The notes beneath the pieces were generated by a model, which worked only from the letters and a program-made list of their open reading frames with translations, was not told the DNA's origin and made no database searches. From Phycisphaerales bacterium (lineage in GTDB: Bacteria > Planctomycetota > Phycisphaerae > Phycisphaerales > UBA1924), in the NCBI GenBank assembly GCA_965227775.1, contig OZ245777.1:2336001-2400000 (forward strand): a stretch of DNA of 64,000 nucleotides, given 5' to 3'. Below, in pieces: positions 1-12,687 of this stretch; within the stretch, counting starts at the first letter, position 1, and each line of letters opens with the position of its first letter. Made by a program: the position numbers and the translations under genes.

Positions 1-752
1 GCCCGAGCCCATTGCGGGTACGAGCGGAGCAGCCGATCAACAACGCCGGTGTGGTCACCGGTTGCGGCGAGCACGCGCGCACGCTGCAACTCAGCCCAAG
101 CGCGATCGTTGATGCCGAGCGTTGTGTCGGCAACAAATCGGGAAACAAAGTCGATGATCCGCTCTCGACCCCCGGGCGTCGCGGCGTCTTGGTCCTCGAT
201 CGCGAGGCGATAGAGCTCGTGGCGGAGCGCTCGCTCGCTTGGGGGCATGTCTTCGGCCCGCTTCAGCGCGGGCTTGATCTGATCCAGGCTGAGATATGCC
301 TGGCCAAGGAAGAACGCATCGCGCGGCTCGAGCGCGGCGCCTTGGCGTTCGGCTTCTCGATACTCGCGGATGATGTTGGCGTCGTTGGTCGGCTGGCGGG
401 ATGTGAACTCCGACTGGCCAAGCGAGAGTGCCCGAGCCCGGAGCACGTGGAAGCGACGCCGCAGCTCGGGCGTGAAGGAGACGCGGTCAAGATTCGGCCC
501 GAGGTCGTTGTTGAGCCCATCGAGAGCCTCGGCATAACGCCGGGTTTCGATGCGTCGCTCGGCGGCGTTGAGCAACCCCTCGATGTCGGGTGCCGGCCGG
601 TGGAGCACCGTCGTCACAAGCCCGATAACTAGCAGTGCGATCGACAGCCCAAGGGTTGGAACTTGCCAGATCTCGCGCCACGGGGTCACCGCCGGATCTG
701 TAGCCGGTTGCTCTTTGGCGGGCTTGGCTGCGGTTTTGTCGTCGGCCGACAC
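1..752 (-). CDS. Membrane-anchored TPR-like helical protein (3' end runs off window)
   Basis: Not in the ORF track because it has no stop in the window. Manual translation from GTG 752 (GGAGG upstream): MSADDKTAAK...WREIWQVPTLGLSIALLVIGLVTT (TM), then helical segments YAEALDGL and FFLGQAYLSL. Confidence 0.6.
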   Translation of the reverse strand, partial: MSADDKTAAKPAKEQPATDPAVTPWREIWQVPTLGLSIALLVIGLVTTVLHRPAPDIEGLLNAAERRIETRRYAEALDGLNNDLGPNLDRVSFTPELRRRFHVLRARALSLGQSEFTSRQPTNDANIIREYREAERQGAALEPRDAFFLGQAYLSLDQIKPALKRAEDMPPSERALRHELYRLAIEDQDAATPGGRERIIDFVSRFVADTTLGINDRAWAELQRARVLAATGDHTGVVDRLLRSYPQWAR

Positions 753-794
753 GGCGCCTCCGCGGATCGGCACGCAATGCGCATGCCCGGATCG

Positions 795-822
795 CTATCG
801 GCCGTCCGGCGTCGAATCTTGA
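795..822 (-). promoter_or_regulatory. Possible sigma28-like promoter for the TPR-like gene
   Basis: TCAAG-N15-GCCGATAG on the minus strand; spacing is one base longer than the canonical FliA consensus. Confidence 0.35.
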
Positions 823-2471
823 TCGGAATCCCCCGAGCCCTCTTCGGGGGCGAATTCGCCGACCACGGCGAGCCCCGAGAGCGTGTCTCCACGGTGGCGA
901 AGCAGCGGGCTCATCGCCCCCGCGAGCGCGACCAGCGGGAGCAGCCACTTGACGGCGTTGCGGACAAGGGATGGGCCGAAGCCAGGCCGGCGTGCCCCAG
1001 GGCGCATGTCTCCCTCGGCGCTCGACCGCGTCACCGCCAGGCCAAAGACCAGCTTGCCGAGCGTTCTGCCCAGGGTGGCCTCCATGACGGCTCCCGCGAG
1101 CATGCCGAACACCAGCGCTGTGAGAAGCGGCGCGAAGTCAACGACCTCCGCCCCAACGCGCATCGCCAGCCAGCCCTCGGGAAGCGCCCGCGCGATCTCG
1201 CTGCCGATGAGCAGCGCGAGCAGGCCGTCGCCAACGGACGCCAGGACCCTGGGCATCGGCGGCGCGAGCAGACAGCCGGGAGGTGCGGCGAACGGCTTGC
1301 TCTCGTTGGAAGACCGAACCACAAAGAGCAGGAGTGTGGCGCTGACCAGCACCATCAGCACAAGCAAAATGCGCAGGTCGCTCGGCGACACGGGGCCATC
1401 GAACACGGCGGCTCCGACGTACAGCGTTCGTCCCGAGTCGAGCGAGAACTCCTCGAGTTCCAGCTTCGTCGCGGCTCGACCCTCTGCGGCTTCGGCGGTG
1501 GCATTCAGTCGCACGATCACGCCACGCCGTGCGTTGGTCAGGAAGCCAACGGCGCTTCCGTCGGCGGCATACGCAACGCGAACGGCGTCGCCCTCGATCT
1601 CATAGACGGACACGCGGCCATCACCTGCTACGGCGAGCATGGTGCGCGGCCCGAGTTTGACGGGGCCGGCAACGACGCGCGCGCCAGCGTATGCGGAGGG
1701 CAGCGCGAGCAGTTGCGGCGTCCACTCGAGCGAGACGCTGGGTGGCGCCTCGCCGGCACCCGCACCTGTCGGCTGGAGCAGTTCGGACGGGCTGCGAAGC
1801 TGGAAACCACCGTCAACGTCAGCCTCGTCGGCCGGAATCTGGGCGGTCCACAGCCGGATCGCGCCGGCGTCCACGCCCGCCAGCATGATCGCGCCATCAC
1901 GCGATACGCCGATCGCGTGCGGGAACTCGCCCTCGACAACAGGGCCGCTGCTGCGCGACCATCGCCCGCGGTCGAGCCACGCGATCTCCAGGCTGCCTTC
2001 GGTCGACTCGACTAGGGCCATGGGGCCCTCTCTCCGAGCCGCGAGCGCGATGAGCCGTCCTTCAGTGGGCAAGAAGCTTGACGATGCGAGCCGCCCGCCC
2101 GACCCCGAGTACCAGGTGCCGTCAATGGCTCCCGGCTGCACGGCGGCGGTGAAGATTGCGTAGCCGGGCTCGTTTCCGATGCCGGCAAACGCCAGCCAGA
2201 CGCGCCCGCCGGCCGCCGAGATGGCCGCTGGCCGCCGTTCGAGCGAGTCGATGATGCGTACAGCGCCGTCGGCCGCCCCGCCCGAGCCAACACGCGGCGG
2301 GATGTGCCAGAGCGCCCACTCGCTCGAGGTCGTCGATGGCGTGAGAGCCCACGCGTGCTCGCCCGACGCCTGTGCACCACCGGACGAACCCGCCATCATC
2401 TGCGCCAGGGCATCGCACCCCAGCGAAAGAACCAGCGCAACTGAGATAATCCAAGCGCGACGGCTGCTCAT
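795..2471 (-). CDS. Secreted beta-rich domain fused to C-terminal RDD-family membrane domain
   Basis: Signal peptide; C-terminal APPMPRVLASVGD, GRTLGKLVFGLAV, SLVRN, HRGDTLSGLAVV typical of RDD. Confidence 0.7.
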   Translation of the reverse strand: MSSRRAWIISVALVLSLGCDALAQMMAGSSGGAQASGEHAWALTPSTTSSEWALWHIPPRVGSGGAADGAVRIIDSLERRPAAISAAGGRVWLAFAGIGNEPGYAIFTAAVQPGAIDGTWYSGSGGRLASSSFLPTEGRLIALAARREGPMALVESTEGSLEIAWLDRGRWSRSSGPVVEGEFPHAIGVSRDGAIMLAGVDAGAIRLWTAQIPADEADVDGGFQLRSPSELLQPTGAGAGEAPPSVSLEWTPQLLALPSAYAGARVVAGPVKLGPRTMLAVAGDGRVSVYEIEGDAVRVAYAADGSAVGFLTNARRGVIVRLNATAEAAEGRAATKLELEEFSLDSGRTLYVGAAVFDGPVSPSDLRILLVLMVLVSATLLLFVVRSSNESKPFAAPPGCLLAPPMPRVLASVGDGLLALLIGSEIARALPEGWLAMRVGAEVVDFAPLLTALVFGMLAGAVMEATLGRTLGKLVFGLAVTRSSAEGDMRPGARRPGFGPSLVRNAVKWLLPLVALAGAMSPLLRHRGDTLSGLAVVGEFAPEEGSGDSDQDSTPDGR

Positions 2472-3379
2472 CGCTGATCCAACTCGCGAGCGTGCACCAC
2501 GTCTAGATCGCGCTTGAGACGCACGCCGTACCGAGACAGCGTCTCACCCAGGTCGAACGCCCGCTCGTCCGGCCGTCGCCGGCTTGACTGCGCTCCAAGG
2601 AATCGGATCTGCACACGCGCTTCGAGCAGCGGCACGTCAATCACAACACGTTCGGGGATCGCGACGCTCGGCAACGCGCGATCGATCCGATCATCGAACA
2701 TGACGTCGCCGTCGAGCATGTCTGCCGTCAGCACCGGGGCGAGGCTTGGATCTCGACGGATCGAGATGCGATCGGGCTCAAACGTCTCGGGATCGATGAT
2801 GTACTCAACGACACCCCATCGCGCCGGGGCCGACAGGACCAAGCGTGTGCCGGTCGGGGTCAGACGAAGCGGTTCCTCGGGGTCCATCGGTTCTTCGGGC
2901 ACCGATGAGAAGCCCAAGAGCTGCAGCAGGTCGAGTGGGTGCACCGGAACGCCAAGCTCGGCGAGCCGATCCGGATTTGCTTTCGCGTGCGTGCCGATCG
3001 AAGCGATCGGGTCGTCGGCGAGAAGATCAATATACCAGTAGAAACGCTCGTTCGCGCCCAGCGCGGCCCCGTCGACGCCCACCTTGCGCAGGCTGAGGGC
3101 GATCATGTCGGGCTGGACGATGTGCAGGTCGCCGTCGAGTTGTTCGACCTCGTCCTCCCCCTGCTGGCCGATGTACCACACTGTGGTGATCGTCGCCGCC
3201 CAGAAACGCTCCAGTCGCTCGGCCCGCTGGTTCATGGCGGCCGCGACCTGCTCATACGTGAAGTCGTCGAGGTTAACCTGCTCGCCTTCCAACGGGCCCG
3301 GCAACACCGGCCTGCCGGCGCAGTTGCAGCCGGCGACGCATACCAGCGCCAGCAGCACGATCGACGCGGTCCGCCTCAT
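2468..3379 (-). CDS. Hypothetical lipoprotein (possibly LolA/LolB-like fold)
   Basis: Lipobox VAGC after a hydrophobic stretch; 4-bp overlaps with both neighbours. Confidence 0.55.
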   Translation of the reverse strand: MRRTASIVLLALVCVAGCNCAGRPVLPGPLEGEQVNLDDFTYEQVAAAMNQRAERLERFWAATITTVWYIGQQGEDEVEQLDGDLHIVQPDMIALSLRKVGVDGAALGANERFYWYIDLLADDPIASIGTHAKANPDRLAELGVPVHPLDLLQLLGFSSVPEEPMDPEEPLRLTPTGTRLVLSAPARWGVVEYIIDPETFEPDRISIRRDPSLAPVLTADMLDGDVMFDDRIDRALPSVAIPERVVIDVPLLEARVQIRFLGAQSSRRRPDERAFDLGETLSRYGVRLKRDLDVVHARELDQR

Positions 3380-3939
3380 GACGCCTCCTGGGCTGGTTGA
3401 GCCGGCGACTCAGGCTCGCCCAGAAGCAGAGCCGCAACGCGTTCCATCGCCTGCTCGAGCTGATCCTCGTCGAGGCCTGGGTCGGCGACGTCAACCGGCT
3501 CGCCATCGATGTAGGCGCCAGTCGCCGTCACGCGCCGGACGCGCAGGCGACCCTTGCGTTGGCCTTCGAGCCGCAGGCGCCGCCGCCGGACGAGCATCCA
3601 CGCCAGCACGTACCGCAGCTCGACGGCTTGATCGTCCTCCGGTTCGGCGATCTGGTCGAAGAGGGCAACGAGGTCCTCATCGTCAACAGGACGAGTGTTG
3701 TCCTTGTCCTTTGGCTGGGGCACCAGGCCGCGCCAGATGGCCACGACATCACCCTGCTCGCCGGCCTCGGGCCGCCAGCCTTTCTGCCACGCTTCTTCAC
3801 AGACGTCCAACCGAGACGAGCCCTCGGCTGGGTCGACAAGGAGCACCGACACGATGGGATCGCCCGGGCTCAAGGACTGGCCCGTTACGGCACATGCTTC
3901 GTTGGGTCGACCGATGGTGATGCCGGGGAGGTTTGCCAC
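3376..3939 (-). CDS. Hypothetical protein
   Basis: 187-aa ORF heading a coupled operon; CAVTG...RLDVC...W; LAWMLVRRRRLR. Confidence 0.6.
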   Translation of the reverse strand: MANLPGITIGRPNEACAVTGQSLSPGDPIVSVLLVDPAEGSSRLDVCEEAWQKGWRPEAGEQGDVVAIWRGLVPQPKDKDNTRPVDDEDLVALFDQIAEPEDDQAVELRYVLAWMLVRRRRLRLEGQRKGRLRVRRVTATGAYIDGEPVDVADPGLDEDQLEQAMERVAALLLGEPESPAQPAQEAS

Positions 3940-3988
3940 GGGGCACTTTACGCGAGGCTTGCTCCGGCGTCGGCGGTGTTCGGGGCGT

Positions 3989-4219
3989 TCACCGGCACGA
4001 TGCGTCGAACAGCCTGCTGCTCGTTCCGCCAGGACCGACGGGGAAGCGGCAAGTCATGCCACAACGCGGGCACCGGGCGACGTAGCACGTCGCGTCGGGG
4101 GCTCGGTAGGAGCGGACGTACGCCCCGGCGCACGTGAACCGCACGCCAATCCACGGCCGGCCCTGGGGCGTGTTCTGCCCCTCGCCGTGCTTGTTCGCCG
4201 ATGCCTGTTGACTGGTCAC
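3989..4219 (-). CDS. Small Cys-rich (Zn-ribbon-like) hypothetical protein
   Basis: PWIGVRFTCAGAYVRSYR...CPRCG...GPGGT..RLF; start GTG 4219 inferred. Confidence 0.55.
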   Translation of the reverse strand: MTSQQASANKHGEGQNTPQGRPWIGVRFTCAGAYVRSYRAPDATCYVARCPRCGMTCRFPVGPGGTSSRLFDASCR

Positions 4220-4362
4220 GGCGTTTCCATCGGCCCGGCATAGCCCTGGGATTGAGCCACTCGTCTGTTGTTTGGGGATTGATTGGATCACTGCACCCCG
4301 GAGGCTCCGTTCGCGCAATAATCCCGATCCCCGCGTCCGATCGCACCTGGGAGAAGCGTTCC

Positions 4363-5247
4363 GTGCCCCGTCCGTTGGTCATCCTGCCCGATCCGCCAAC
4401 CCCGCCCACGGCCATCGGGCTCATCGCAGGCGCCGGGCGTTTGCCCATCATCGTGGCCGAGGGCCTGCGAGAGATCGGTCATCGCATCCACGGCATCGGG
4501 CTCGCCAACATGTACGAGTCCGAACTGCCCAAGCTCTGCGATAGCTTCCACGAGGTCGGCCTGTTCCGCGTCGGCGGCTGGGGCCGGGCCCTCGCTCGCC
4601 GGAACGTGCGCCATGCCATCATGGTCGGCAAGGTCGACAAGGCCAAGCTAATGCACGACCCGCTCCGCATGGTGCGCAACGTGCCAGATGTGCCCACGCT
4701 ACTCGCCTGGCACCGCAAGCTGAGGCACGATCGCCGGTCCTACGCCGTGCTCGGCGCCATCGCGGACGAGTTGGAACGCAGCGGCGTGCAACTTCTCGAC
4801 TCGACAACGTCGATCCCCAAGGAGCTGGCCGACGCTGGCGTCATGACGACGCGGCAGCCCTCGAACGGCCAGCAGGCCGACGTCGACTTCGTGTGGCCGC
4901 AATTGGTCGATCTGCTGCGACTCGACATTGGCCAGGCCGTGGCCGTCCGCGAGCGCGACATCATCGCGGTCGAAGCGGTGGAGGGCACCGATCGCATGAT
5001 CGAACGTGCCGGTGCGCTTTGTAAGTCAAAGGGCTGGACGCTCTGCAAGGGCGCTCGCTGCGGGCACGACCGACGCAGCGACGTACCGACGATCGGCGTA
5101 ACCACGATCGAGCGCATGCACGACGCTGGCGCAGGCTGCCTCGCGCTCGCCGCGGGCGACGTCATCATGATCGACAAGGAAGACGTCATTGCCGAGGCCG
5201 ACCGCCGCGGCATCGCGATCATCGGCGTCCCCGTCGGCGCAGCCTGA
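4363..5247 (+). CDS. lpxI: UDP-2,3-diacylglucosamine diphosphatase LpxI family
   Basis: IGLIAGAGRLP, DIGQAVAV, AVEAVEGTDRMIER, DVPTIG motifs; GTG start inferred. Confidence 0.9.
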   Translation: MPRPLVILPDPPTPPTAIGLIAGAGRLPIIVAEGLREIGHRIHGIGLANMYESELPKLCDSFHEVGLFRVGGWGRALARRNVRHAIMVGKVDKAKLMHDPLRMVRNVPDVPTLLAWHRKLRHDRRSYAVLGAIADELERSGVQLLDSTTSIPKELADAGVMTTRQPSNGQQADVDFVWPQLVDLLRLDIGQAVAVRERDIIAVEAVEGTDRMIERAGALCKSKGWTLCKGARCGHDRRSDVPTIGVTTIERMHDAGAGCLALAAGDVIMIDKEDVIAEADRRGIAIIGVPVGAA

Positions 5248-5248
5248 C

Positions 5249-7436
<2,188 letters not shown>

Positions 7437-7583
7437 GGCGGGTTCTCCTGGAGGCCCTCGGTGCATGCCTCACCAGAGCCATCGGGCGGGCCAGGAGGGG
7501 ACTTCATCGATTCTCACGATCGTGCCGGTTTTCCTGCCTGAAGGGGTGCCGGGGGCGTTTTGGCCCTGGCCATACCATCGAGC

Positions 7584-8381
7584 GTGACCACGAGCCCGCC
7601 GCAAGACCCCAGCACCCTGCTCTGCGAGCACTGCGGCTACGTGATCGAGGGATTGGCGGCCGACGCGGTCTGCCCCGAGTGTGGCACGCCGGTTGATGGC
7701 AGCCTGCCCACCCGCCGCACGGGCTCACCAATGCAAAAGCGACCCGGCCTCCGTTCAGCACTTTCAACGTACAGGCTGGTCGTCACCAGGCCCAACAGGA
7801 CGCTCGACGCCATGGCAGTCGCCAAGCCGCGTGTTCGCGGCACGTTGCTCCTGGCCGCGCTGCCGATGGGACAGTTGCTGGGAATCGCCCTGCTGCTGGC
7901 GTTCGAAGCGCAGCGTCCGTTACCCAATGGCGGTTCGGTCTCATGGTCGCCCGGCAGCGCCATCGGCTCGATCGCGCTCGGAGGCCTGTTGGGTGTCGTT
8001 CTCACGCCAGTCGCCGCGGCCGTGATCGAGATCCTGACGTGGATCGAAGCGCGGGGGTTGGTGATGTTCGGAGGACAGTCTGGTGCTCGCATGCACCCCG
8101 AGCTTGCCCACACGATCGTCCGCCACGGCGCTGCCGGATGGCTCATCGCCGGCCTGGGAGCAGCGCTGGTGCTCCCCTTGGCATGGAGCTTCGAGGCCGA
8201 GGTCGGAACATTGCTGGGCCGACCGCCATTCGGCGATCCGCCCCCGTGGATCATCGCGCTCGCGGGGTTGGGGATTCTGCTGGCCGTTGCCGGGTTCCTG
8301 TTCTTCGAGTTCTTTGCGTGGTTGGGCCTGCGACGCTGCAAGTTTGCCAACAAGCCCCGACCGCAAGCCGACCCGAAGTGA
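7584..8381 (+). CDS. Membrane protein with N-terminal CxxC...CPECG Zn ribbon
   Basis: CEHCGY...CPECG followed by about 4 hydrophobic helices. Confidence 0.65.
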   Translation: MTTSPPQDPSTLLCEHCGYVIEGLAADAVCPECGTPVDGSLPTRRTGSPMQKRPGLRSALSTYRLVVTRPNRTLDAMAVAKPRVRGTLLLAALPMGQLLGIALLLAFEAQRPLPNGGSVSWSPGSAIGSIALGGLLGVVLTPVAAAVIEILTWIEARGLVMFGGQSGARMHPELAHTIVRHGAAGWLIAGLGAALVLPLAWSFEAEVGTLLGRPPFGDPPPWIIALAGLGILLAVAGFLFFEFFAWLGLRRCKFANKPRPQADPK

Positions 8382-8447
8382 ACCGAGATTCACCGCCGGG
8401 CTGCCGCCCCATTCGCTCTCTATGCTGGCATCGGAGGAACGCTCTTC

Positions 8448-11400
8448 ATGCCCGACGCCCCCGCGTCACAGTCCAAGTCGCCTCGTAAGCGCCGTCGGCT
8501 CCGCAAAGTCGCAATCGGCCTGGGATCTGCTGCCCTCGTGCTGCTGCTGGTCATCGCCATCGGCGGTCCGGCCATCATCGGTGCCGTGGCGCCGGGGATC
8601 GTCCGAGGCCTCGATGTTCCCGGCAGCCTCGCTGTCGAACGAGTATCGGTGTCGTGGACGGGCGACCTCGAGCTCCGTCAGGCTTCACTCCACGACGCCG
8701 CCGGCGAGCACGTGGCAACGGTCTCGGTCCGTACCGCCGGCGGCCTGCTCGGATTGCTCAACGCCCATCTCGAACAGGACATCATCGTCGATGGATGGGC
8801 GAGCATCTACGTGTACGAAGACGGGACGACAAACATCGAGCGAGCGCTCGGCCTGGAACGGGGCGCGGAAGCAAGAGCCGCCGCCGACGCCGAACAGAAG
8901 GGCGAACTCGGAGAACTGCCGTTCACGAGAATTGTCCTCGAGACTGTCGATGTCATCCTGACGCGCGAGGGCTCGCAAACGCTGGCGATCTCCGGCTTCA
9001 AGGGCGACCTGAGAGCCGAGGGCACCCGCACGACCGCAACGCTTGCTGGTGCGCTCGCGTTGCCGGCGGTGCATCCATCTACGCGCGAGGACATCGGGTC
9101 GGCAATCAGAGGCGGAAGCTTCGAGGCAAACGCCGATCTCGATCTCGGCAGCTTCACGGGCGTAGCCAGTGCCACCTTCACGGAGATCACCCCCGAGTAC
9201 GCCGAAGCCCTGGGTGCCATCAGCGGGAACGACACGATCGCTCAGGCCGCCATGGTCGCCGCACGGGGCGGGCTCTCGCTCGACGCCAGTAGTGATCTGG
9301 AGGGAGGCCTACCCACGGACGCGAACGTGTCGCTGGACTCGGAGACGCTCCGAGCATCGCTCGTGCTCGCCAAGCAGGATGGTGCGATCCGGCTGACCGC
9401 TCCCGGCTCGGTCGAGGTCGATGCAAGCGCCTTCCTCGCCAACGAAGCGATTCACTCGGTTGTCATGCCGGCAGATCGCGTGCAAGTCGTGCAAGCGGGG
9501 CGCGTGACGCTGGACATCCAAGAGTTCTCGCTACCGCTGGATGGCATGTCGCCCAAGCTGACGGATCTGCAGTCGGTCGTTCGAGTCGGCCTCGGTAACA
9601 CGCGGCTCATCGTGCCGAGTACCGAGGGCGACGCGACGATCGATCTTTCGAACACAACGCTGACCGCCGAGGTGGTCGCGAATCAACCAATGCACGTGAC
9701 GGCAAGCGCCCGAGCGGCAGTCAATGGCCAGCCGGACGGGACGCTCTCGATCGACGGCCGCATCGACTTCGCGTCGCTCACACAGCTGGGTAGCGAGGCC
9801 GGATTCGGTGTGGCATCCCTGTCACGCGGTGTTCCGTCGGTCGAACTGACCCTCCAGTCGATACCCGTGGTCGCGGCGACGCCGTGGCTTGCGGTTCTGG
9901 AAGACGCCGGCTTTGACCTGCCCGCCATCACCGGCGACACAATCGACGCACGCGTCGCATGGAAGGCTCGGGAGGATGGTTCCGCAGGTGTCTCGCTCGG
10001 CGTCCAAGCTCCCCACGTAGAAGCATCCGCTGATGCGACATGGGCCAGCGAGGCCATCGTGCTCAACTCGCCGGCGACCGTGCGCGTCGCCCGGCCAAAC
10101 GCTGTCGCTGCCCGCTGGTTGCCCGAAGGCTGGTCCATGCAGAACGGCGAGGGCCTCAGCGCAACGATCGGCAAGTTTCGCCTGCCCATGGCCGGACTTC
10201 GCCCCGAGATTGCAGCAGCAACGGCCGAAGCCCGCCTGACGACCGCGAGCGTTTCGCTGACGAGGCCAGATGGTCCCCCGATCGGTCTCGCCAGCCTCGA
10301 ACTCAATCTTTCTACATCCGCATCGCAGACCCAACTCACGCTTGCTTCTGCGCCCAAGCTCGGTGAAGAGGCCGCGATGCTGAACGCAGACCTGGGCACC
10401 GCCGGCCTCGAAGCACTGCTTGGTGGTGAGTCTTTCCAGCCGCCGGCAATCCTCGGGTCGGTGCAGTTCGCCGGTCCGATGCGGCTTGTACGCGAGTTCG
10501 AGATCGACGCCGCCGGTCGACCGCTGCACGCCTGGCTCGCCGACGCGGTCGGCCCCGACGTGACGCTCACGCTGAACCTGACCGACCCTGCCGAGGGCGA
10601 CCTGATCGCCGGTGAGTTGGGTGTCGATTCCCGGCACGTCAAGGCAACCGCCACGGGTCTCAAGGCCTCAGCGTCTCGGGTAGCGGTGGCTGGCGTCGGC
10701 GTCCGCGCGACTCCATCGCAGGCGCTGTGGAACACGATCGCGCCGATGGCCGGCATGCAGGGCTCGTCGCTCGCGCAAACCTCAGCGTTGGTGCTCGACG
10801 TCGGTCCCGCGGCACTCTCGTTTGGGGAGGGCCAGAACCCGCTCGCTGGGCTTCATCAAACCCCGGTCACACTCCGCTCGCAACGCGACATCCGCATCAA
10901 CGGCGTGCCGACCGGTCAACCCGATGAGTCTGGTGAGCGTCCGCGCACCGATGTTGTGTTTTCTGGACTACGAGCCCAAGTGAGCTCGATCGGTTCGGCG
11001 ATCTCAAGCGGTTCGGATCTCCAGTCTTTGCTCGACTTGAACGTGCGTTCACCCGAGCTTGGCAGCCTCGCTGTCGTGAATGTGGTTGCGAATTCTGACA
11101 GCACAGGCAATCTCAATGCAACGGCCACGATCGAAGAGCTCAGCATCCGTGATGGATTCTCACTCGCCGGCGTGGGTGATAGAGGGATCGACGCTGCGGT
11201 GGGGGCGCTCGGCCAAAGTGGGATGATCGTTGTCGAGGCCCGGGCAGCCGCATCGCCCGAGAACGCAATGCCGTGGTCCCTCGAGCGCGTCTCGGTCTCG
11301 CTGGACACGCCCCGTCTCAAGGCGTCTCAGCCGATCGTTGCCCAGTTCACGCCGGAGACGATCGAACTCGAAGCGCCGACAACGATCACATGGACACCCG

Positions 11401-12659
11401 ATGCGGCCTGGCTTGCGAGTGCAATTGGCGCCGAGGTCACCGCCGTTGAACCCTTCCAGATCCAACTCGAGCGCTTGGCGGTCGGCAATCCGCTGACGCA
11501 AGGCGTTGGCCTTCTCGATCCGACGCTTGTCAACCTCGATGCGTCGCTGAACGCAAAGGGTGCCAGCATCGCGATCCCAGACCGGCCGGCGATCGAACTC
11601 AGCGAGGTGAGCGGTCGAGTCCGCCGCGTCGGCCAGAGCACGTACGGCATCACCGCGAACGCCTCGACGGAGAGCGGCGGTACGCTCGAACTCAACGGAC
11701 TGCTGCAGAACCCGGCCGACGCGACCGGCCGGCTCTCCCTCGAGACCGCTGAGGTCCGTGGAACGCTCAAGGGCAACGAGATCCCCGTTGCGCTCGCGGA
11801 TGCCATGTCGAACACTGACGGCTTGCTGGCCGACAGCCTCGGGCCCGTCGTTGATCTCGACGCCGAAATCCAGCACGGACGGCTGATTCCGCGCCAGCCA
11901 CCATCGGCCGACCTGCGCTTCAGCGTTCGCGGTCCCAGAGCCGACGCGTCCGGCTACGGCCGCCTCGAGAACCGCATGATCATCATGTCCGAGCCCCAGA
12001 CGATCCTGACCGTGCGCGAGGTACGCCCGGAGATCGCCGCGCGGTTCAGCGAGATCATCCCGGAACTCCTGCAGGTCGAGAAGCGGCCCGAAGACGGTCC
12101 GGCGATCATCCGCACCGCGCGGCTGCAGATTCCGACCAACGGCGAGTGGGCCAATGGTCAGGGCGACCTGACGATCGCGCTGGGCACCGCCCGATTCCGC
12201 AGCAGCAGCGTGCTGTCGTCGGTGCTCAAGGCAACCGGTCAACGCCAGCAGGGATCGCTCGGTCGACGCATCGCGCCGATCCACATCACAATGAACGACG
12301 GCGTCATCACCTACGACCCGTTCACACTGCCGCTGGGCGATCTTGAGCTCGAGTCAGAAGGCACCGTTGATCTGGTGCAAAACTCGATGGACGTGATCGT
12401 GTGGATTCCTGTTGCCGCACTGTCCGACGAGGCAGCGGGCAAGTTCAATACAGGGCTGGGCAGCGCGCTCGGGAGATCCGTCCCGGGCTTCGGCAAGCTC
12501 TCGACCGTGCCGTGGCGTGTCAGCGGCGAGCTCACAAACCCGACGATCCGGCCCGCCCCAAATGTGCTCTTGCGCCGCCGGGGCAGCGAGTTCTTAGGCC
12601 CGCTGCTGCGACCCGGTGAGTCGCTGCAGGACTTGCTCAGTATCCCAGACTTGCGATGA
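8448..12659 (+). CDS. Giant AsmA/TamB-like envelope protein
   Basis: 1403 aa; basic N-terminus plus TM anchor, amphipathic beta-strand pattern, AsmA-like C-terminus (GTVDLV...VSGELTNP); SD GGAGG. Confidence 0.65.
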   Translation: MPDAPASQSKSPRKRRRLRKVAIGLGSAALVLLLVIAIGGPAIIGAVAPGIVRGLDVPGSLAVERVSVSWTGDLELRQASLHDAAGEHVATVSVRTAGGLLGLLNAHLEQDIIVDGWASIYVYEDGTTNIERALGLERGAEARAAADAEQKGELGELPFTRIVLETVDVILTREGSQTLAISGFKGDLRAEGTRTTATLAGALALPAVHPSTREDIGSAIRGGSFEANADLDLGSFTGVASATFTEITPEYAEALGAISGNDTIAQAAMVAARGGLSLDASSDLEGGLPTDANVSLDSETLRASLVLAKQDGAIRLTAPGSVEVDASAFLANEAIHSVVMPADRVQVVQAGRVTLDIQEFSLPLDGMSPKLTDLQSVVRVGLGNTRLIVPSTEGDATIDLSNTTLTAEVVANQPMHVTASARAAVNGQPDGTLSIDGRIDFASLTQLGSEAGFGVASLSRGVPSVELTLQSIPVVAATPWLAVLEDAGFDLPAITGDTIDARVAWKAREDGSAGVSLGVQAPHVEASADATWASEAIVLNSPATVRVARPNAVAARWLPEGWSMQNGEGLSATIGKFRLPMAGLRPEIAAATAEARLTTASVSLTRPDGPPIGLASLELNLSTSASQTQLTLASAPKLGEEAAMLNADLGTAGLEALLGGESFQPPAILGSVQFAGPMRLVREFEIDAAGRPLHAWLADAVGPDVTLTLNLTDPAEGDLIAGELGVDSRHVKATATGLKASASRVAVAGVGVRATPSQALWNTIAPMAGMQGSSLAQTSALVLDVGPAALSFGEGQNPLAGLHQTPVTLRSQRDIRINGVPTGQPDESGERPRTDVVFSGLRAQVSSIGSAISSGSDLQSLLDLNVRSPELGSLAVVNVVANSDSTGNLNATATIEELSIRDGFSLAGVGDRGIDAAVGALGQSGMIVVEARAAASPENAMPWSLERVSVSLDTPRLKASQPIVAQFTPETIELEAPTTITWTPDAAWLASAIGAEVTAVEPFQIQLERLAVGNPLTQGVGLLDPTLVNLDASLNAKGASIAIPDRPAIELSEVSGRVRRVGQSTYGITANASTESGGTLELNGLLQNPADATGRLSLETAEVRGTLKGNEIPVALADAMSNTDGLLADSLGPVVDLDAEIQHGRLIPRQPPSADLRFSVRGPRADASGYGRLENRMIIMSEPQTILTVREVRPEIAARFSEIIPELLQVEKRPEDGPAIIRTARLQIPTNGEWANGQGDLTIALGTARFRSSSVLSSVLKATGQRQQGSLGRRIAPIHITMNDGVITYDPFTLPLGDLELESEGTVDLVQNSMDVIVWIPVAALSDEAAGKFNTGLGSALGRSVPGFGKLSTVPWRVSGELTNPTIRPAPNVLLRRRGSEFLGPLLRPGESLQDLLSIPDLR

Positions 12660-12687
12660 GAAGACTCCGGCGTCTGAATCTGGGAGC

